DNA of 64,000 nucleotides from Bacteroidota bacterium (GCA_049515655.1 JBEKTW010000012.1:8904-72903); one strand, 5' to 3'. Shown: positions 8,587 to 20,735, numbered from the stretch's first letter. The notes: generated from the sequence alone by a model not told the origin. Numbers and translations: made by a program.

Positions 8587-11500
8587 ATGAGATCTAAAAT
8601 TGCCCATCGTTGTTTTTCCGTAATTCTCTTCCTACTGCTTTCAGCCTGCTGCCTCACTGCTTACTCACAGGACAACAAGGAGAATTCGGATTTCAAGCTC
8701 GCCGTCAATCTATACAACGACGGCATGTACGACCTTGCCGCCGAGCAGTTCAAGAATTTCATCTCTGCCTACGCGTCCACGGCCAACGGCATCGAAGCCA
8801 GGTTCTACCTCGGCCTCACGCAGATGAAACTCAAACGCTACGAAGACGCCCGGATGACGTTCCAGAACTTCGCCCTCGCCTACGTCGACCACCCCAAATC
8901 AGCAGAAGCCTGGACAAAGGTCGCGGAGGCGTTTCTCGCGCTGAAGAATGACCGCGAAGCCGCCTCGGCGTACGAGCGTGTGAAAGTCTTCCACCCCGGA
9001 AGCCCGCTGGCGCCCGACGCTCTCCTCAGCGCTGCACGAATCTATCTCCGTCTGGGCGAACGGGAGAACGCGATAAGAATCTACCGCTCCATCGTTTCGG
9101 ATTATCCCTCGAGCCAGAGCACTCCTTCCGCCCGGCTCATCCTTGCGGAATTCAAGGCCGAAGATGGACAGACGGATCAGGCGGAACAGGAAGCGCAGCG
9201 TGTGAGCGAAAGCAACGCGCCGGCAGAAGTGCGTGCAGAGGCATTGTATCTCATAGGCACACTGAAAATGTCTGTCAGCTTGTTCGATGAAGCAGAAAAC
9301 ATTTTCCGCACTATCGCCGCACAGTATCAAGGCACAACGGGAGCAACCCGCGCCTCCCTCGCTCTCGGAGGGATTCTGAGAAGCGTCGGGAAAACCGGCG
9401 ACGCACTTCGCCAGTTCCTGGACGCGCTCGCCTCAAATCCCGCCGATTCGCTCAGAGCACAGGCACTCTATCAGCTCGGTCTCACCTACGCGAAGGAGGA
9501 GAATTACGATTCGGCAAGAACTTGCTACGACCAGATCATCAAGTCCCTCTCGAATTCCCCGGTGTATGAGCGTACATTGTTCGAAGCCGGCAACGCCGCA
9601 CTTCATCAGAAGGACTACAACGGCGCGGGGCAGTATTTCAGAACCATACTCTCGCTCCCATCGGATGGTCTCCGGAGTAAAGCCCTCGTCCGGTTGGCGG
9701 AATCCGCCGTCGCGGGCGGGCATTTCGAAGAGGCGGCAAAGTCGTATCAGGCGGACATTGATCAGTATCCGGACAACCCCTTCACTCCCCGGGTCGCCTA
9801 CGCCCTTGGCTCCCTCTACGAACAGCCCATCAACAACTACAGAAAAGCGATCGAAATATTCAACCATGTTGTGGATAAATTCCCGCAGTCGCCGTACGCC
9901 GCCGACGCCCTCGTGGAAATCGGCCGCTGCTACGAAAAGTTGGAGAGTTTTGAAGAAGCGACGCAGTCCTACAACGACGTCCTTGTCCGCTACCCTTCAC
10001 TCGCAGGAAATGAAGTCCTGCAGAAAAGGATAGAATTCCTCCGGAATCACCGCGTCAGGAACCGCGACGCGGGCATGGAGAAGCTCGCCCGGCTTGTCGG
10101 TGACATGCTGGTTCAGAAAGCAAAGGCGAATGTGGCGTTCCAGCTCGGCCAGGTCTATTTCTACGACCTCAAGGACTATCCGTCGGCAGCCCAGCAATTC
10201 ACGTTCGCCATAGAGAACGGCCTTGATGAAGATAAGCTCATCGAGGCGAATTTCCTCCGCGCGCGATCGTACGATATGTGGAGCGAAATCGATTCGACCG
10301 TTGCCGAGAAGGCAATCATCTACTATGGCGCGTTCCTCAAACAGTATCCTGCGGACAAATGGAGCGGAGATGCGGCGTACTACAGTTTTCAGTTGAGAGC
10401 CAGGAAGAAATCTCCGGAAGAAATTCTTTCGCTGGCGAAGGGACTTCTCGCGGCTCACCTGCGGCCTGAGTTCCGGGAGGAGGTGTTGTTCACCATCGGC
10501 ACGGCGAGTCTCGCGGCGGGTTTGGCTGCCGATACGCTCCAATTCTTCATGCAACTCGAACAGGAGTTCAGGAACTCATCGACCGCCCAGCACGGTCTCC
10601 TCGCTCTCGGATCGTGGTATGCCGGGCACAGCAAACCGGATAGCGCGATCATGTACTGGCAGCGCGCGATAACAAATGCGCCCAGCGGTTTCTCGAGCGC
10701 CGCGATTCTTCAACGGCTCGCGGTGCTCTACATCCAGCTCCATAATTACGGGGAAGCCATCTCCACGTACAAAAAAATCATCAGCGATTTCCCCTACACG
10801 CATGAAGCTGAGCAAACGCGCACAGTGCTGGCAAACGAGTATTTTGCCGGCGGGCAATATGAGCAGGCAATCACGGAACTCGAATCGTATTTGAAACAAC
10901 TGGAGATATCTCCCTTCAGCGCGCCATATCCATGGGACATCACCCTTCAGCTCGCGATGGCATACGAGCGAAAAGGAAATGGCCAGAAGGCGATGTCTTT
11001 GTACGGCGAGTACCTGCTCAATAACCGCACGAGCAAGAACGCCGGGGAAGTCTACTATGCTCTGGGCATCCTTGCACGCAACCAGGGACGCACGGACGAG
11101 GCGACGTATTATTTCAAACAAGCGGCCACTCTCGGCTCTGCGGGCTCCGCTTCGCAAGAAATCGCCGATTTATTGTTCGAGAACGGAGAATATCAGGAAG
11201 CTGCGAAACAATACGGGCGATTGGCGCAGGCGGAAACGAGCACCGTCAGGAATCAGCAATTTCGTTCAAGAATCATCGTCGCGACACTGCGCATGGACAA
11301 GCTCTCCGAAGGCCAAAAGCTCATTACGGACTTCGAAAAATCCTTCGGCATTGTGAAAACGTCCCGTGCAGAGTTCGAATACGAGAAGGCCATGATTCTT
11401 TACCGGAAACAGGACTACCCGAAAGCATCGAAAGCGTTCGGGAAAGTTGTTGACGACTACGAGGGCACGGCGTTCGCCCCGTGGGCTCAATACTACGTCG

Positions 11501-12216
11501 GGAAAATTCTCGAGGTTTCAAACAAACTTGAAGACGCCACGAAAATCTATAACGACATTCTCAAGAACTCTCCGAACTCGGACGTCATCCCCCACATCCT
11601 GCTCTCTCTCGGAAATATTCAGTACAACGCCGAGCACTACGACGAGGCGATCCGTTTCTATCAGCGGATTCTCGACCAATCCGACAAGGCGGGCGATATT
11701 CTTCCCTACGCGATAAACAATCTCATCGAAGCGTACGAATCGACGAAGCTGTACGATGCCGCGCTCAAGCTGACGCGTGAATTCATCGAACGGTACCCCT
11801 ACGATGAAACCATCATCGACAAGAAAATCAAAATCGGAACCCTGTACACGAAACTCGGCTACTTCGACCAGGCGGTATCGCATTTCCAGAACCTGCTGAA
11901 TGAATCCGGCAGTCTTATGGAAGCCGAGCTCCATTACGACGTCGGCGAAGCGTACTTCTATAAGGGAGATTACCAGCAGGCAATCCTGGAATTCCTGAAA
12001 GTCCCCTACCTCGTTTCGCGCCAGGGCAAGGTGAACTGGACGGCAACGTCGCTCTACATGGCCGGCCAGGCGTACGAAAAAATGTCGAAGTTCGACGAAG
12101 CGATCGGCATGTACCAACAGATCGTGGACCGCTCGGGCATCGACGCGACGTTCAAGGCGGCGGCCCGGAAGGAAATCGACCGCGTGAAATCCATCATTAA
12201 AAAGGATTCGAAATGA
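8587..12216 (+). CDS. large tetratricopeptide-repeat (TPR) protein, secreted/periplasmic
   Basis: About 1209 aa. Signal peptide (ILFLLLSACCLTAYSQ). TPR-like 34-aa helical repeats throughout (recurring A..Y.LG..Y....Y..A pattern). The track start at 8584 is a GTG; ATG at 8587. Confidence 0.85.
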   Translation: MRSKIAHRCFSVILFLLLSACCLTAYSQDNKENSDFKLAVNLYNDGMYDLAAEQFKNFISAYASTANGIEARFYLGLTQMKLKRYEDARMTFQNFALAYVDHPKSAEAWTKVAEAFLALKNDREAASAYERVKVFHPGSPLAPDALLSAARIYLRLGERENAIRIYRSIVSDYPSSQSTPSARLILAEFKAEDGQTDQAEQEAQRVSESNAPAEVRAEALYLIGTLKMSVSLFDEAENIFRTIAAQYQGTTGATRASLALGGILRSVGKTGDALRQFLDALASNPADSLRAQALYQLGLTYAKEENYDSARTCYDQIIKSLSNSPVYERTLFEAGNAALHQKDYNGAGQYFRTILSLPSDGLRSKALVRLAESAVAGGHFEEAAKSYQADIDQYPDNPFTPRVAYALGSLYEQPINNYRKAIEIFNHVVDKFPQSPYAADALVEIGRCYEKLESFEEATQSYNDVLVRYPSLAGNEVLQKRIEFLRNHRVRNRDAGMEKLARLVGDMLVQKAKANVAFQLGQVYFYDLKDYPSAAQQFTFAIENGLDEDKLIEANFLRARSYDMWSEIDSTVAEKAIIYYGAFLKQYPADKWSGDAAYYSFQLRARKKSPEEILSLAKGLLAAHLRPEFREEVLFTIGTASLAAGLAADTLQFFMQLEQEFRNSSTAQHGLLALGSWYAGHSKPDSAIMYWQRAITNAPSGFSSAAILQRLAVLYIQLHNYGEAISTYKKIISDFPYTHEAEQTRTVLANEYFAGGQYEQAITELESYLKQLEISPFSAPYPWDITLQLAMAYERKGNGQKAMSLYGEYLLNNRTSKNAGEVYYALGILARNQGRTDEATYYFKQAATLGSAGSASQEIADLLFENGEYQEAAKQYGRLAQAETSTVRNQQFRSRIIVATLRMDKLSEGQKLITDFEKSFGIVKTSRAEFEYEKAMILYRKQDYPKASKAFGKVVDDYEGTAFAPWAQYYVGKILEVSNKLEDATKIYNDILKNSPNSDVIPHILLSLGNIQYNAEHYDEAIRFYQRILDQSDKAGDILPYAINNLIEAYESTKLYDAALKLTREFIERYPYDETIIDKKIKIGTLYTKLGYFDQAVSHFQNLLNESGSLMEAELHYDVGEAYFYKGDYQQAILEFLKVPYLVSRQGKVNWTATSLYMAGQAYEKMSKFDEAIGMYQQIVDRSGIDATFKAAARKEIDRVKSIIKKDSK

Positions 12217-13340
12217 CTCTCTTCGAACATGAAACAGAGCAAATCGTCGCAACCGCGAAGCAGCGCACGATCGGCAATTCTCCCGGCATTGCAGTGAAGG
12301 ATCTCCTGGCCGCAGATATCCCACATCCGCTCAAGACGTACTTCCGCACCTACGTCCAGTCGTTGCTCGAAGAGGAACTACAACAACATCATTCCTCCAG
12401 CCGGTTCAAGTTCGACCATCACGAGGTTCAGAGTCTCCAGAAGCAAATCAACTCCATCCTTATCATGCAGTATGTCTTCGAGGAGCAGGAGTTCCTTCAA
12501 CAACTCGACGATGCGGTCCACCTCATCATCAATTATCTCGTCCGACCGCAGTGGACCCTCAGGAATTTCGCCTTCACGAAAGGGCAGGAAATCTCGTCTC
12601 TGACGCTCATTCCCATGCTCCGGTACTTCGGTCCTTTCGAATACCTCAAAGACCTGATTTATTCGTACGTACGGCAAAAGCACATTCCATCGTTCACCGA
12701 CAAGGAATTTTCCCATACCGTGTGGAAGCTTGACGGCGAATATATTCGCCGTAAGACGGGAGACGAACTCGCCCTTCTCCTAAAACCGATGTACGACTTT
12801 ATAAGCTTTCCCTCGAAAAACGAGGACTTCGCGCTGCCCGTCAAAAGCCTGGTGAAACATTATGAAGATAAGGGACTCAAAATGGTCGTGCGGCGGCTTG
12901 AGGAGGTGGAAGCCGGAAACAACCAGGACTTGACCTGGCCTGCGCTGGCAGAACTCCTGGAAAGTGTCCGCGCGGCCGCCGATGGCTTCAGCGTCGAGCC
13001 GACCTGGGTGGACGAACAACCGGTTCAACCCGACGTCGCACAGGAAGCGGCATCGCCCCAGCCGGAGCAGCAAACCGACGCTCAACCGAAACAGGAGGAA
13101 TTCATCTCCATCGAAGCGTACATGGATGAAAGTGATAGGAAGCGCTTCATCAAGAAAATATTCAGACAAAGCGAGAACGCGTTTCTTGAGGCGGTCGATA
13201 CACTCAACGGCATGCCCACCTGGAAACAGGCATCCGTCTACATCGATGAGATTTACATCCGGTACGGAGTCGACCCCTACTCAACCGAAGCCGAACGATT
13301 TCTTGAAGTTGTGCGACAGAGATTTTACTCGGATAAATAG
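12213..13340 (+). CDS. hypothetical acidic protein, translationally coupled to the TPR gene (ATGA overlap)
   Basis: 375 aa with a clean ORF and no recognisable motif. Gln/Glu-rich linker (PQPEQQTDAQPKQEE). Confidence 0.55.
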   Translation: MTLFEHETEQIVATAKQRTIGNSPGIAVKDLLAADIPHPLKTYFRTYVQSLLEEELQQHHSSSRFKFDHHEVQSLQKQINSILIMQYVFEEQEFLQQLDDAVHLIINYLVRPQWTLRNFAFTKGQEISSLTLIPMLRYFGPFEYLKDLIYSYVRQKHIPSFTDKEFSHTVWKLDGEYIRRKTGDELALLLKPMYDFISFPSKNEDFALPVKSLVKHYEDKGLKMVVRRLEEVEAGNNQDLTWPALAELLESVRAAADGFSVEPTWVDEQPVQPDVAQEAASPQPEQQTDAQPKQEEFISIEAYMDESDRKRFIKKIFRQSENAFLEAVDTLNGMPTWKQASVYIDEIYIRYGVDPYSTEAERFLEVVRQRFYSDK

Positions 13341-13369
13341 ATTTCTCCATTCGCGCGACGGCGGACTGA

Positions 13370-14422
<1,053 letters not shown>

Positions 14423-14476
14423 AACCAAGCCGCGCGTGATGCACATCATAGAAGGAAACATCACATTCAAAAAGGC

Positions 14477-14505
14477 TTGACTTTCCCTGAAACTTTAGTT
14501 ATTAT
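14477..14505 (+). promoter_or_regulatory. sigma70-type promoter (TTGACT-N17-TATTAT) in front of the TetR/efflux island
   Basis: TTGACT at 14477-14482, a 17-nt spacer, TATTAT at 14500-14505. It lies 28 nt upstream of the TetR start, inside the AT-rich island. Confidence 0.45.
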
Positions 14506-14532
14506 TAGACCGTAAAACGATTTGAGTCGAAA

Positions 14533-15114
14533 ATGCCAGGACTGAGTAAAGACGATATTGTAAGAGCTGAAATCTTAAAAGCTGCAGAGCGCGTTTTCCA
14601 ACGATGGGGAAGCAAAAAAACCACGATGGATGATATTGCGGGCGAAGCAGGTAAGGGAAAGAGCACACTCTATTACTATTTTCAGAGCAAAGAAGAAATA
14701 TTTGATGCCGTAGTAATTGTTGAATTGGAAAGGATCTTTCGAAAGGCAAAAGAATTAGCACAAGAAACTGAAAATGCGAAAGAAAGACTGATCAAGTATA
14801 TCGTTGAGTCAATCAATGAAATGAAAAGCAGGATCAGCACCTTTACTATTATGCGGGAAGAAATTAAGCAAAACCAAAAATTTATTAGAAAATTACGTGC
14901 TATGATTCAGCCAAAAGAAGAACAATACATCAAGGCAATCTTAAAATCTGGTTTGGAAAGAAAGGAATTCACGTTTATTAATGAACGCGAACTAACGACT
15001 GCGGCAAAAACAATTACAGGAATGATGCATGCGCTTGAGCTCTATTTATTAGTAGAAAATGATGATACCTCTCAGATTGATATAGCAGCGCGACTTATCG
15101 CAAACGGACTTTAA
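14533..15114 (+). CDS. TetR/AcrR-family transcriptional regulator
   Basis: N-terminal helix-turn-helix (TTMDDIAGEAGKGKSTLYYYFQSKEEIF), length 193 aa, and position upstream of an RND efflux operon. AT-rich codon usage. Confidence 0.85.
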   Translation: MPGLSKDDIVRAEILKAAERVFQRWGSKKTTMDDIAGEAGKGKSTLYYYFQSKEEIFDAVVIVELERIFRKAKELAQETENAKERLIKYIVESINEMKSRISTFTIMREEIKQNQKFIRKLRAMIQPKEEQYIKAILKSGLERKEFTFINERELTTAAKTITGMMHALELYLLVENDDTSQIDIAARLIANGL

Positions 15115-15176
15115 ATTTTTTTATCAATAATTCGACCACAATACCATATTCGTCTAATGATCCAAAGGACTAAATT

Positions 15177-16214
15177 ATGAAAAATAAAGAGAATGTACTT
15201 GTCATCTTCTTTATTGGAATCGCATTTTCAGTGTGGGGTTGTTCCGGTAATTCAGGCAATCAAAATAATGCGACTATTAATGTACAGATCGAAAAAGTAA
15301 AACCCACCGACGCAAGTCAAGAGCTTGCTTACAGCGGCACCATAGAAGAATCCGAAACGATTCCGCTTAGTTTTTCTTCGGCAGGAACTGTATCGAAAGT
15401 ATATGTGTCCGAAGGAGTGTTTGTGAAGAAAGGGCAATTGCTTGCAACGCTGGATGATACAACGCACCAAAATGCCTATGCGATAGCGCAAGCGGCCGAG
15501 CAACAGGCAGAAGATGCCTACAAACGTTTAACACCGATGCATAAAAATGGCAATCTGCCGGATGTAAAATATGTAGAAGTGGAAACCGGTTTGCAGAAAG
15601 CAACGGCGGCGGCAGCAATAGCAAAAAAGAATTTGGACGCCTGCAATTTATGTGCAACAACTGAGGGCTATATCGGCAAACGATCAATAGAGCTCGGAAT
15701 GACCGCTACGCCGAACCTTGCCGCGATCACGATTGTGAAAATCAACAAAGTGCTTGCGCGTGTATCGGTTTCAGAAAACGAAATTGCTCTTATTCACAAA
15801 GGACAAAAGGCAAATATCACAATTGGCGCATTGAGGTCCGCGCACTATGACGGTGTGGTGGAAGAAATCGGTGTGGTTGCGGACCCAATAGTGCATACCT
15901 ATAAGATTAAGATCGGAATAACAAACAAGGATTTGTCCATAAAGCCGGGAATGATCTGTTCTGCAACCATTGAGAGCCCAAGCACAGTGCATGGTATGGT
16001 TGTTCCGAGCAGATCCGTTATGGTAGATGAGTTAGGAAAGAATTTTGTGTATGTCGTTTCATCACAGAATAAAGCAATGCGTAAATATGTTGTAACCGGT
16101 CAGTTGCTGAACGACGGTATTGAAGTGCTGGAAGGATTACAAATAAACGATGCGGTCGTTGTGGCAGGCCAGCATAAACTGATAGATAATGCATCTGTAC
16201 AAATTGAAAATTAA
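15177..16214 (+). CDS. RND efflux membrane-fusion protein (periplasmic adaptor, HlyD/AcrA family)
   Basis: Lipoprotein signal (FSVWGCSG). Coiled-coil/lipoyl and beta-barrel pattern (VSEGVFVKKGQLLATLD ... IKPGMICSATI). Sits directly upstream of the AcrB-like gene. Confidence 0.85.
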   Translation: MKNKENVLVIFFIGIAFSVWGCSGNSGNQNNATINVQIEKVKPTDASQELAYSGTIEESETIPLSFSSAGTVSKVYVSEGVFVKKGQLLATLDDTTHQNAYAIAQAAEQQAEDAYKRLTPMHKNGNLPDVKYVEVETGLQKATAAAAIAKKNLDACNLCATTEGYIGKRSIELGMTATPNLAAITIVKINKVLARVSVSENEIALIHKGQKANITIGALRSAHYDGVVEEIGVVADPIVHTYKIKIGITNKDLSIKPGMICSATIESPSTVHGMVVPSRSVMVDELGKNFVYVVSSQNKAMRKYVVTGQLLNDGIEVLEGLQINDAVVVAGQHKLIDNASVQIEN

Positions 16215-19200
16215 TGGCAAGCAGAGAGTACATAAGTATGAGAAAGAATGTGACATTGCTCGGAATGCTTCTGCGATACAAGCAGGTGATCTATATTTTC
16301 ACTGTCATTGCTATTCTTGTAGGAGTAGTGGCTCTCTTCCAGATGCCGCGCGATGAATATCCGACATTTACAGTACCAACAGGTCTTATCGTTGGTGTGT
16401 TCCCTGGCGCCTCTTCTCATCAGGTGGAAGAACAATTGACAACGAAAGCGGAGAATTATCTGTTCCAGTATAAGTCGGTTGACCGCGCCAAGACCTATTC
16501 CGTCTCCAAAGAGAACGTCATGCTCATCTACGTTCAGGTCTCAGATGCTGAAAAGGATAAGGATGGATTTTGGTTGAAATTGCGTCATGGCTTAAATGAT
16601 TTGAAACCAGAACTGCCCGCCGGAGTGACTTCTTTGACAGCGGATAACGATTTCGGCAGTACATCCGCCATGCTGCTCGCCGTTCAATCTGAAACGAAGA
16701 CATATAAAGAGCTTGAGAATTATATCAAGTCATTCGAGGATGATGTTCGTAAAGTGCCGTCCGTCTCCAAAGTGAAACATTACGGTTTGCAGAAAGAACA
16801 AATCAGCATTTACATGGATGATGCCAGGCTTGCTAATTATGGCATAAAACCAATCCAGGTTCTTGCCGCTCTTAAGCCGCAAAGCACGGTGAACTATGTG
16901 GGGGAGATAAATGATGGCAAATCTGTTCATCCGATCCATATTTCCTCAAACCTTAAAACCGAACAGGATGTAGCCAGCCAAATTGTTTATTCCGATCCGC
17001 CTGGCAATGTTGTACGCGTTAAAGATATAGCAAAAGTTGTGCGCGAATACGACGATATGGATTCTTATATCCGGGTTAATGGAAAGAAGTGCCTGCTTGT
17101 CTCGCTGGAAATGAAATCAGGGGAGAATGTTGTCCATTTTGGCGATGCAGTACAAAAGGCCATCGACAAGTTCTCTGTCATGCTCCCGCCTGATGTAAAG
17201 ATCATCACTATTTCCAATATCCCCGATGTAGTGAAGAAAGCTATTGCAAATTTTCTCAAAGAATTTGCCGTTGCAATGATAGCGGTAATAATGGTTACTA
17301 TCCTTCTGCTTCCGGTGAGAGTTGCTCGAATTGCAGCAATGGCAATTCCAACTTCAATTTTAACGGCTATCGGAATCATGTGGGCAAGCGGAATGGAGCT
17401 GCAGACTGTTTCGCTTGCAGGTTTAATTATTGTCCTTGGTATAACTGTGGATGATGCTATCGTTATAGTCGATAATTATGTAGAGAAGCTGGATCAGGAT
17501 ATGACCCCGTTTGATGCAGGAACAAAAAGCGTGACTCAACTATTCAGCTCAGTGCTTTCCGCTACGCTTATCATCATAGCGTGTTTTATGCCGATGCCGT
17601 TATTTATGACCGGTCAAGGTGCCGAGTTTCTCCAGTCACTTCCGATGACCATTACGTATGCACTGCTCGTTTCATTGCTGCTTTCAGTCTCTGTAATACC
17701 GTTATTAAGCTACACATTCATTAAAACAGGTTTAAAAGACAATTCATCAAAAAAGGGGAAAACGACATTCCTCGATAAACTTCAAAAATTCTATAACGGA
17801 GTCCTGGAGGAAGCATTCAGATGGAAAAAAACGGTTGTCCTTGTAGGTTGTCTTTCGTTCATCGCAGGAATTGTATTGATTGCGATTACTCCGCAGCAGT
17901 CATTCCCAAAACTTGAAAGGAACCAGTTTGCAGTGGAAGTATTTCTGCCCACCGGAAGTTCCCTGCAGAAAACGGATTCGGTAATGACAGATCTTGAAGC
18001 AATACTCCAAAAAGACCCCCGCGTTCGGGATGTGACGTCATTTATTGGAACGAGCTCGCCTCGTTTTAATGCTCTCTATGCGCCCAATTTTCCTGCAAAG
18101 AATTATGGCCAAATGGTTGTAGTAACGGAATCAAACAAGGCTACTGTTGAGATTCTTGACGAGTACAGCAAGAAATTGGAAGGCAAGTATCCCCTCGCCA
18201 ATATAAAATGGAAGCAATTGGCGTTCGAAATATTCAAGGCTCCGATCGAGATCCGTATTTCGGGAGATAGCATCCAGACCATCAAACAGACGGCAAATCG
18301 TGTCTCTGATATTTTACGCCAATTCAAGGATGTCGAATTCATACGCACCGATTATGAACAGCCGCTGCAATTCGCCGATCTGGTCGTAAAGAGAGATGAA
18401 GCAGCCCGGCTTGGTTATTCGAATACGCTTTTGGCTTATTCGTTGATGGTTGGGACCAAAGGATTCCCGGTCTCGACCGTATGGGAAGGAGATTATCCCG
18501 TTGATGTGAAGTTGAAGATCAATAAAAAGACCAAATCCAGTCCCAGCGATATCATGAATCAATACGTGACTTCTCCGTTCATGGTTTCTTCTGTTCCGGT
18601 TCGTCAGTTGGCAACGATAAAGCCAGGTTGGACAGAAGGAGAAATCGTGCGGCGCAACGGGATACGCACCGTAACTGTTTTTGCAGAAATAAAAAGAGGA
18701 TTACTTCCTGCACCGATATTCAATAGAATCAGACCTCTTGTCGATAAAATGGATCTGCCTTCCAGCGTCTTCATAGAATACGGCGGCGACTATCAAATGA
18801 GCGATGAGAATATTACACCGTTCTACTATTCACTGCTTGTTTCCGTTACTATAATTTTCCTCATTTTGATGTTTCAGTACAAAAACATCAAAACGTCGCT
18901 TTTGATCATGGTGACGCTTCCGTTAAGTGTGTTCGGCGCCGCGTTTGGAGTGTTTGTAACAGGATATCCATTCGGAACAACGGCCTTCATCGGATTGATT
19001 GGTTTATTTGGAATCGTCGTCCGTAATGGTGTAATATTTGTCTCGTATGCAGAGGAACTTCGTCATGAACACGGACTCACGCCGGGAAAAGCAGCAATCT
19101 TGGCAGGTAGGAGAAGAATGCGTCCCATATTTCTTACGTCAGCCGCTGCCGCAGTTGGCGTTATCCCAATGATTGCAAGCCGTTCATCACTTTGGGGACC

Positions 19201-19327
19201 GCTTGGTACGGTCCTTTGTTTCGGTCTGCTCTTCGCACTTGTGTTGTCACTGCTGGTTCTCCCGGTGCTCTATTATTACTTCCATCGAAATGATTTTGAC
19301 AAAGTTGAAGAAGGTGAGACATTATGA
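16214..19327 (+). CDS. RND family efflux transporter (AcrB/HAE1-like inner-membrane pump)
   Basis: 1037 aa with 12 predicted TM segments and two large periplasmic loops. Typical RND motifs (GLIIVLGITVDDAIVIVDN..., LIGLFGIVVRNGVIFVSY). The ATG overlaps the stop of the membrane-fusion gene. Confidence 0.9.
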   Translation: MASREYISMRKNVTLLGMLLRYKQVIYIFTVIAILVGVVALFQMPRDEYPTFTVPTGLIVGVFPGASSHQVEEQLTTKAENYLFQYKSVDRAKTYSVSKENVMLIYVQVSDAEKDKDGFWLKLRHGLNDLKPELPAGVTSLTADNDFGSTSAMLLAVQSETKTYKELENYIKSFEDDVRKVPSVSKVKHYGLQKEQISIYMDDARLANYGIKPIQVLAALKPQSTVNYVGEINDGKSVHPIHISSNLKTEQDVASQIVYSDPPGNVVRVKDIAKVVREYDDMDSYIRVNGKKCLLVSLEMKSGENVVHFGDAVQKAIDKFSVMLPPDVKIITISNIPDVVKKAIANFLKEFAVAMIAVIMVTILLLPVRVARIAAMAIPTSILTAIGIMWASGMELQTVSLAGLIIVLGITVDDAIVIVDNYVEKLDQDMTPFDAGTKSVTQLFSSVLSATLIIIACFMPMPLFMTGQGAEFLQSLPMTITYALLVSLLLSVSVIPLLSYTFIKTGLKDNSSKKGKTTFLDKLQKFYNGVLEEAFRWKKTVVLVGCLSFIAGIVLIAITPQQSFPKLERNQFAVEVFLPTGSSLQKTDSVMTDLEAILQKDPRVRDVTSFIGTSSPRFNALYAPNFPAKNYGQMVVVTESNKATVEILDEYSKKLEGKYPLANIKWKQLAFEIFKAPIEIRISGDSIQTIKQTANRVSDILRQFKDVEFIRTDYEQPLQFADLVVKRDEAARLGYSNTLLAYSLMVGTKGFPVSTVWEGDYPVDVKLKINKKTKSSPSDIMNQYVTSPFMVSSVPVRQLATIKPGWTEGEIVRRNGIRTVTVFAEIKRGLLPAPIFNRIRPLVDKMDLPSSVFIEYGGDYQMSDENITPFYYSLLVSVTIIFLILMFQYKNIKTSLLIMVTLPLSVFGAAFGVFVTGYPFGTTAFIGLIGLFGIVVRNGVIFVSYAEELRHEHGLTPGKAAILAGRRRMRPIFLTSAAAAVGVIPMIASRSSLWGPLGTVLCFGLLFALVLSLLVLPVLYYYFHRNDFDKVEEGETL

Positions 19328-20664
19328 AAAAGTACATTGTAATTTGTTTTCTCTTGGTTGTCACACTTCCTGTCTGTGCACAGCAGGTGCTGACATTGGA
19401 TGAAAGTAAACAACTTGCGCTGCAAAATAACGCCAGGATAAAAAATTCTTCTTTGGAAATTGAAGCATCCCGGCAAACGCGGAAAGCGGCGGTGACAAAA
19501 TATTTTCCGTCGATTAGCGCAAGCGGGGCCATGTTTGAATCGCAGAAGGACCTGATGGAAATATCTACAAATGGTGGTAATCTTCCTGTTTATGACGGGA
19601 ATCCGGCGCACCTCTCAGCTGCGACAGAGTATGCGTATATGCCTGCATCAACAATGGGTTTGTTGAAATCCGGCACATTCGGCATGCTCACTGCCGTGCA
19701 GCCGATCTTTGCCGGAGGCAGGATATGGAACGGCAATCGCCTGGCGTCGCTGGGCGAAGATGTGAGCGAATACAAGAATCGGCTTTCTCAGAACGATGTA
19801 CTTCTGAAAACTGAAGAGCAATACTGGTTGGTTGTTTCTCTGAATGAAAAATTCAAGACCATCCAGCGGTACGAAGAGCTACTCAACAGTTTGCTGGCGC
19901 AGGTGGAAGATGCCTACCGGTCAGGCATAGTGATGAAGAACGATGTGCTCAAAGTAAGAGTGAAGCGAAGCGAGGTTTTGCTCAACAAATCAAAATTAGA
20001 AAACGGGCGAAAGCTGGCTACGATGGCATTTTGCCAGTATATCGGAATACCATACGATTCGACGCTGGCGCTCAGAGATTCCTTGTCGCTCGAAGGTTCT
20101 CCGGAATCGTATTATGTGGAACATACTGAAGCGCTGAAGAACAGATCGGAGTATCAATTGCTCCAGGCATCTGTAACATCAGAAGAATTGCAGAGCAAGA
20201 TGAAGCTCGGAGAATATCTTCCCCAGATCGGCGTAGGTGTCACAGGACTGTACATGAAATTGGATGAAAGCCAGGACAGAACGCTGGGAATGGTCTTTGG
20301 AACGGTTTCCATTCCGATATCCGGCTGGTGGGAAGCCTCGCATGTACTGGAAGAACGAAGTATAAAAGAACAGATTGCGGAAAACAACATGAAGGACAAC
20401 TCCGAACTGCTCTTGCTTCAAATGCAAAAAGCGTGGCAGGATTTCACTGATGCATACAAACAGGTACTGCTAAGTGAAGAAGCACAAACACAGGCAGAGG
20501 AAAATCTGAAAGTCAATCGAGACGGTTATGATAACGGCATGATCTCGGTTGCCGATTTGTTGGAAGCGCAGGCGCTGGAACAACAATCACAAGATGGGTT
20601 AATCGATGCGAAAGCAAATTACGTTACGAAAAAGACAACGTATCTGCAGGTCACGGGCAGATGA
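19324..20664 (+). CDS. TolC-like outer-membrane efflux protein (OMF)
   Basis: Signal peptide. Two coiled-coil repeat halves with outer-membrane-factor signatures (LTLDESKQLALQNNARIK; LLEAQALEQQSQDGLIDAKANY). 4-bp overlap with the RND gene. Confidence 0.85.
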   Translation: MKKYIVICFLLVVTLPVCAQQVLTLDESKQLALQNNARIKNSSLEIEASRQTRKAAVTKYFPSISASGAMFESQKDLMEISTNGGNLPVYDGNPAHLSAATEYAYMPASTMGLLKSGTFGMLTAVQPIFAGGRIWNGNRLASLGEDVSEYKNRLSQNDVLLKTEEQYWLVVSLNEKFKTIQRYEELLNSLLAQVEDAYRSGIVMKNDVLKVRVKRSEVLLNKSKLENGRKLATMAFCQYIGIPYDSTLALRDSLSLEGSPESYYVEHTEALKNRSEYQLLQASVTSEELQSKMKLGEYLPQIGVGVTGLYMKLDESQDRTLGMVFGTVSIPISGWWEASHVLEERSIKEQIAENNMKDNSELLLLQMQKAWQDFTDAYKQVLLSEEAQTQAEENLKVNRDGYDNGMISVADLLEAQALEQQSQDGLIDAKANYVTKKTTYLQVTGR

Positions 20665-20735
20665 CTGATAATCGGCATCGAACCGACAAAATGAAGAAAC
20701 ATGAAAGAAAGACTCGAGAAAAAGCGGAGACAAGT

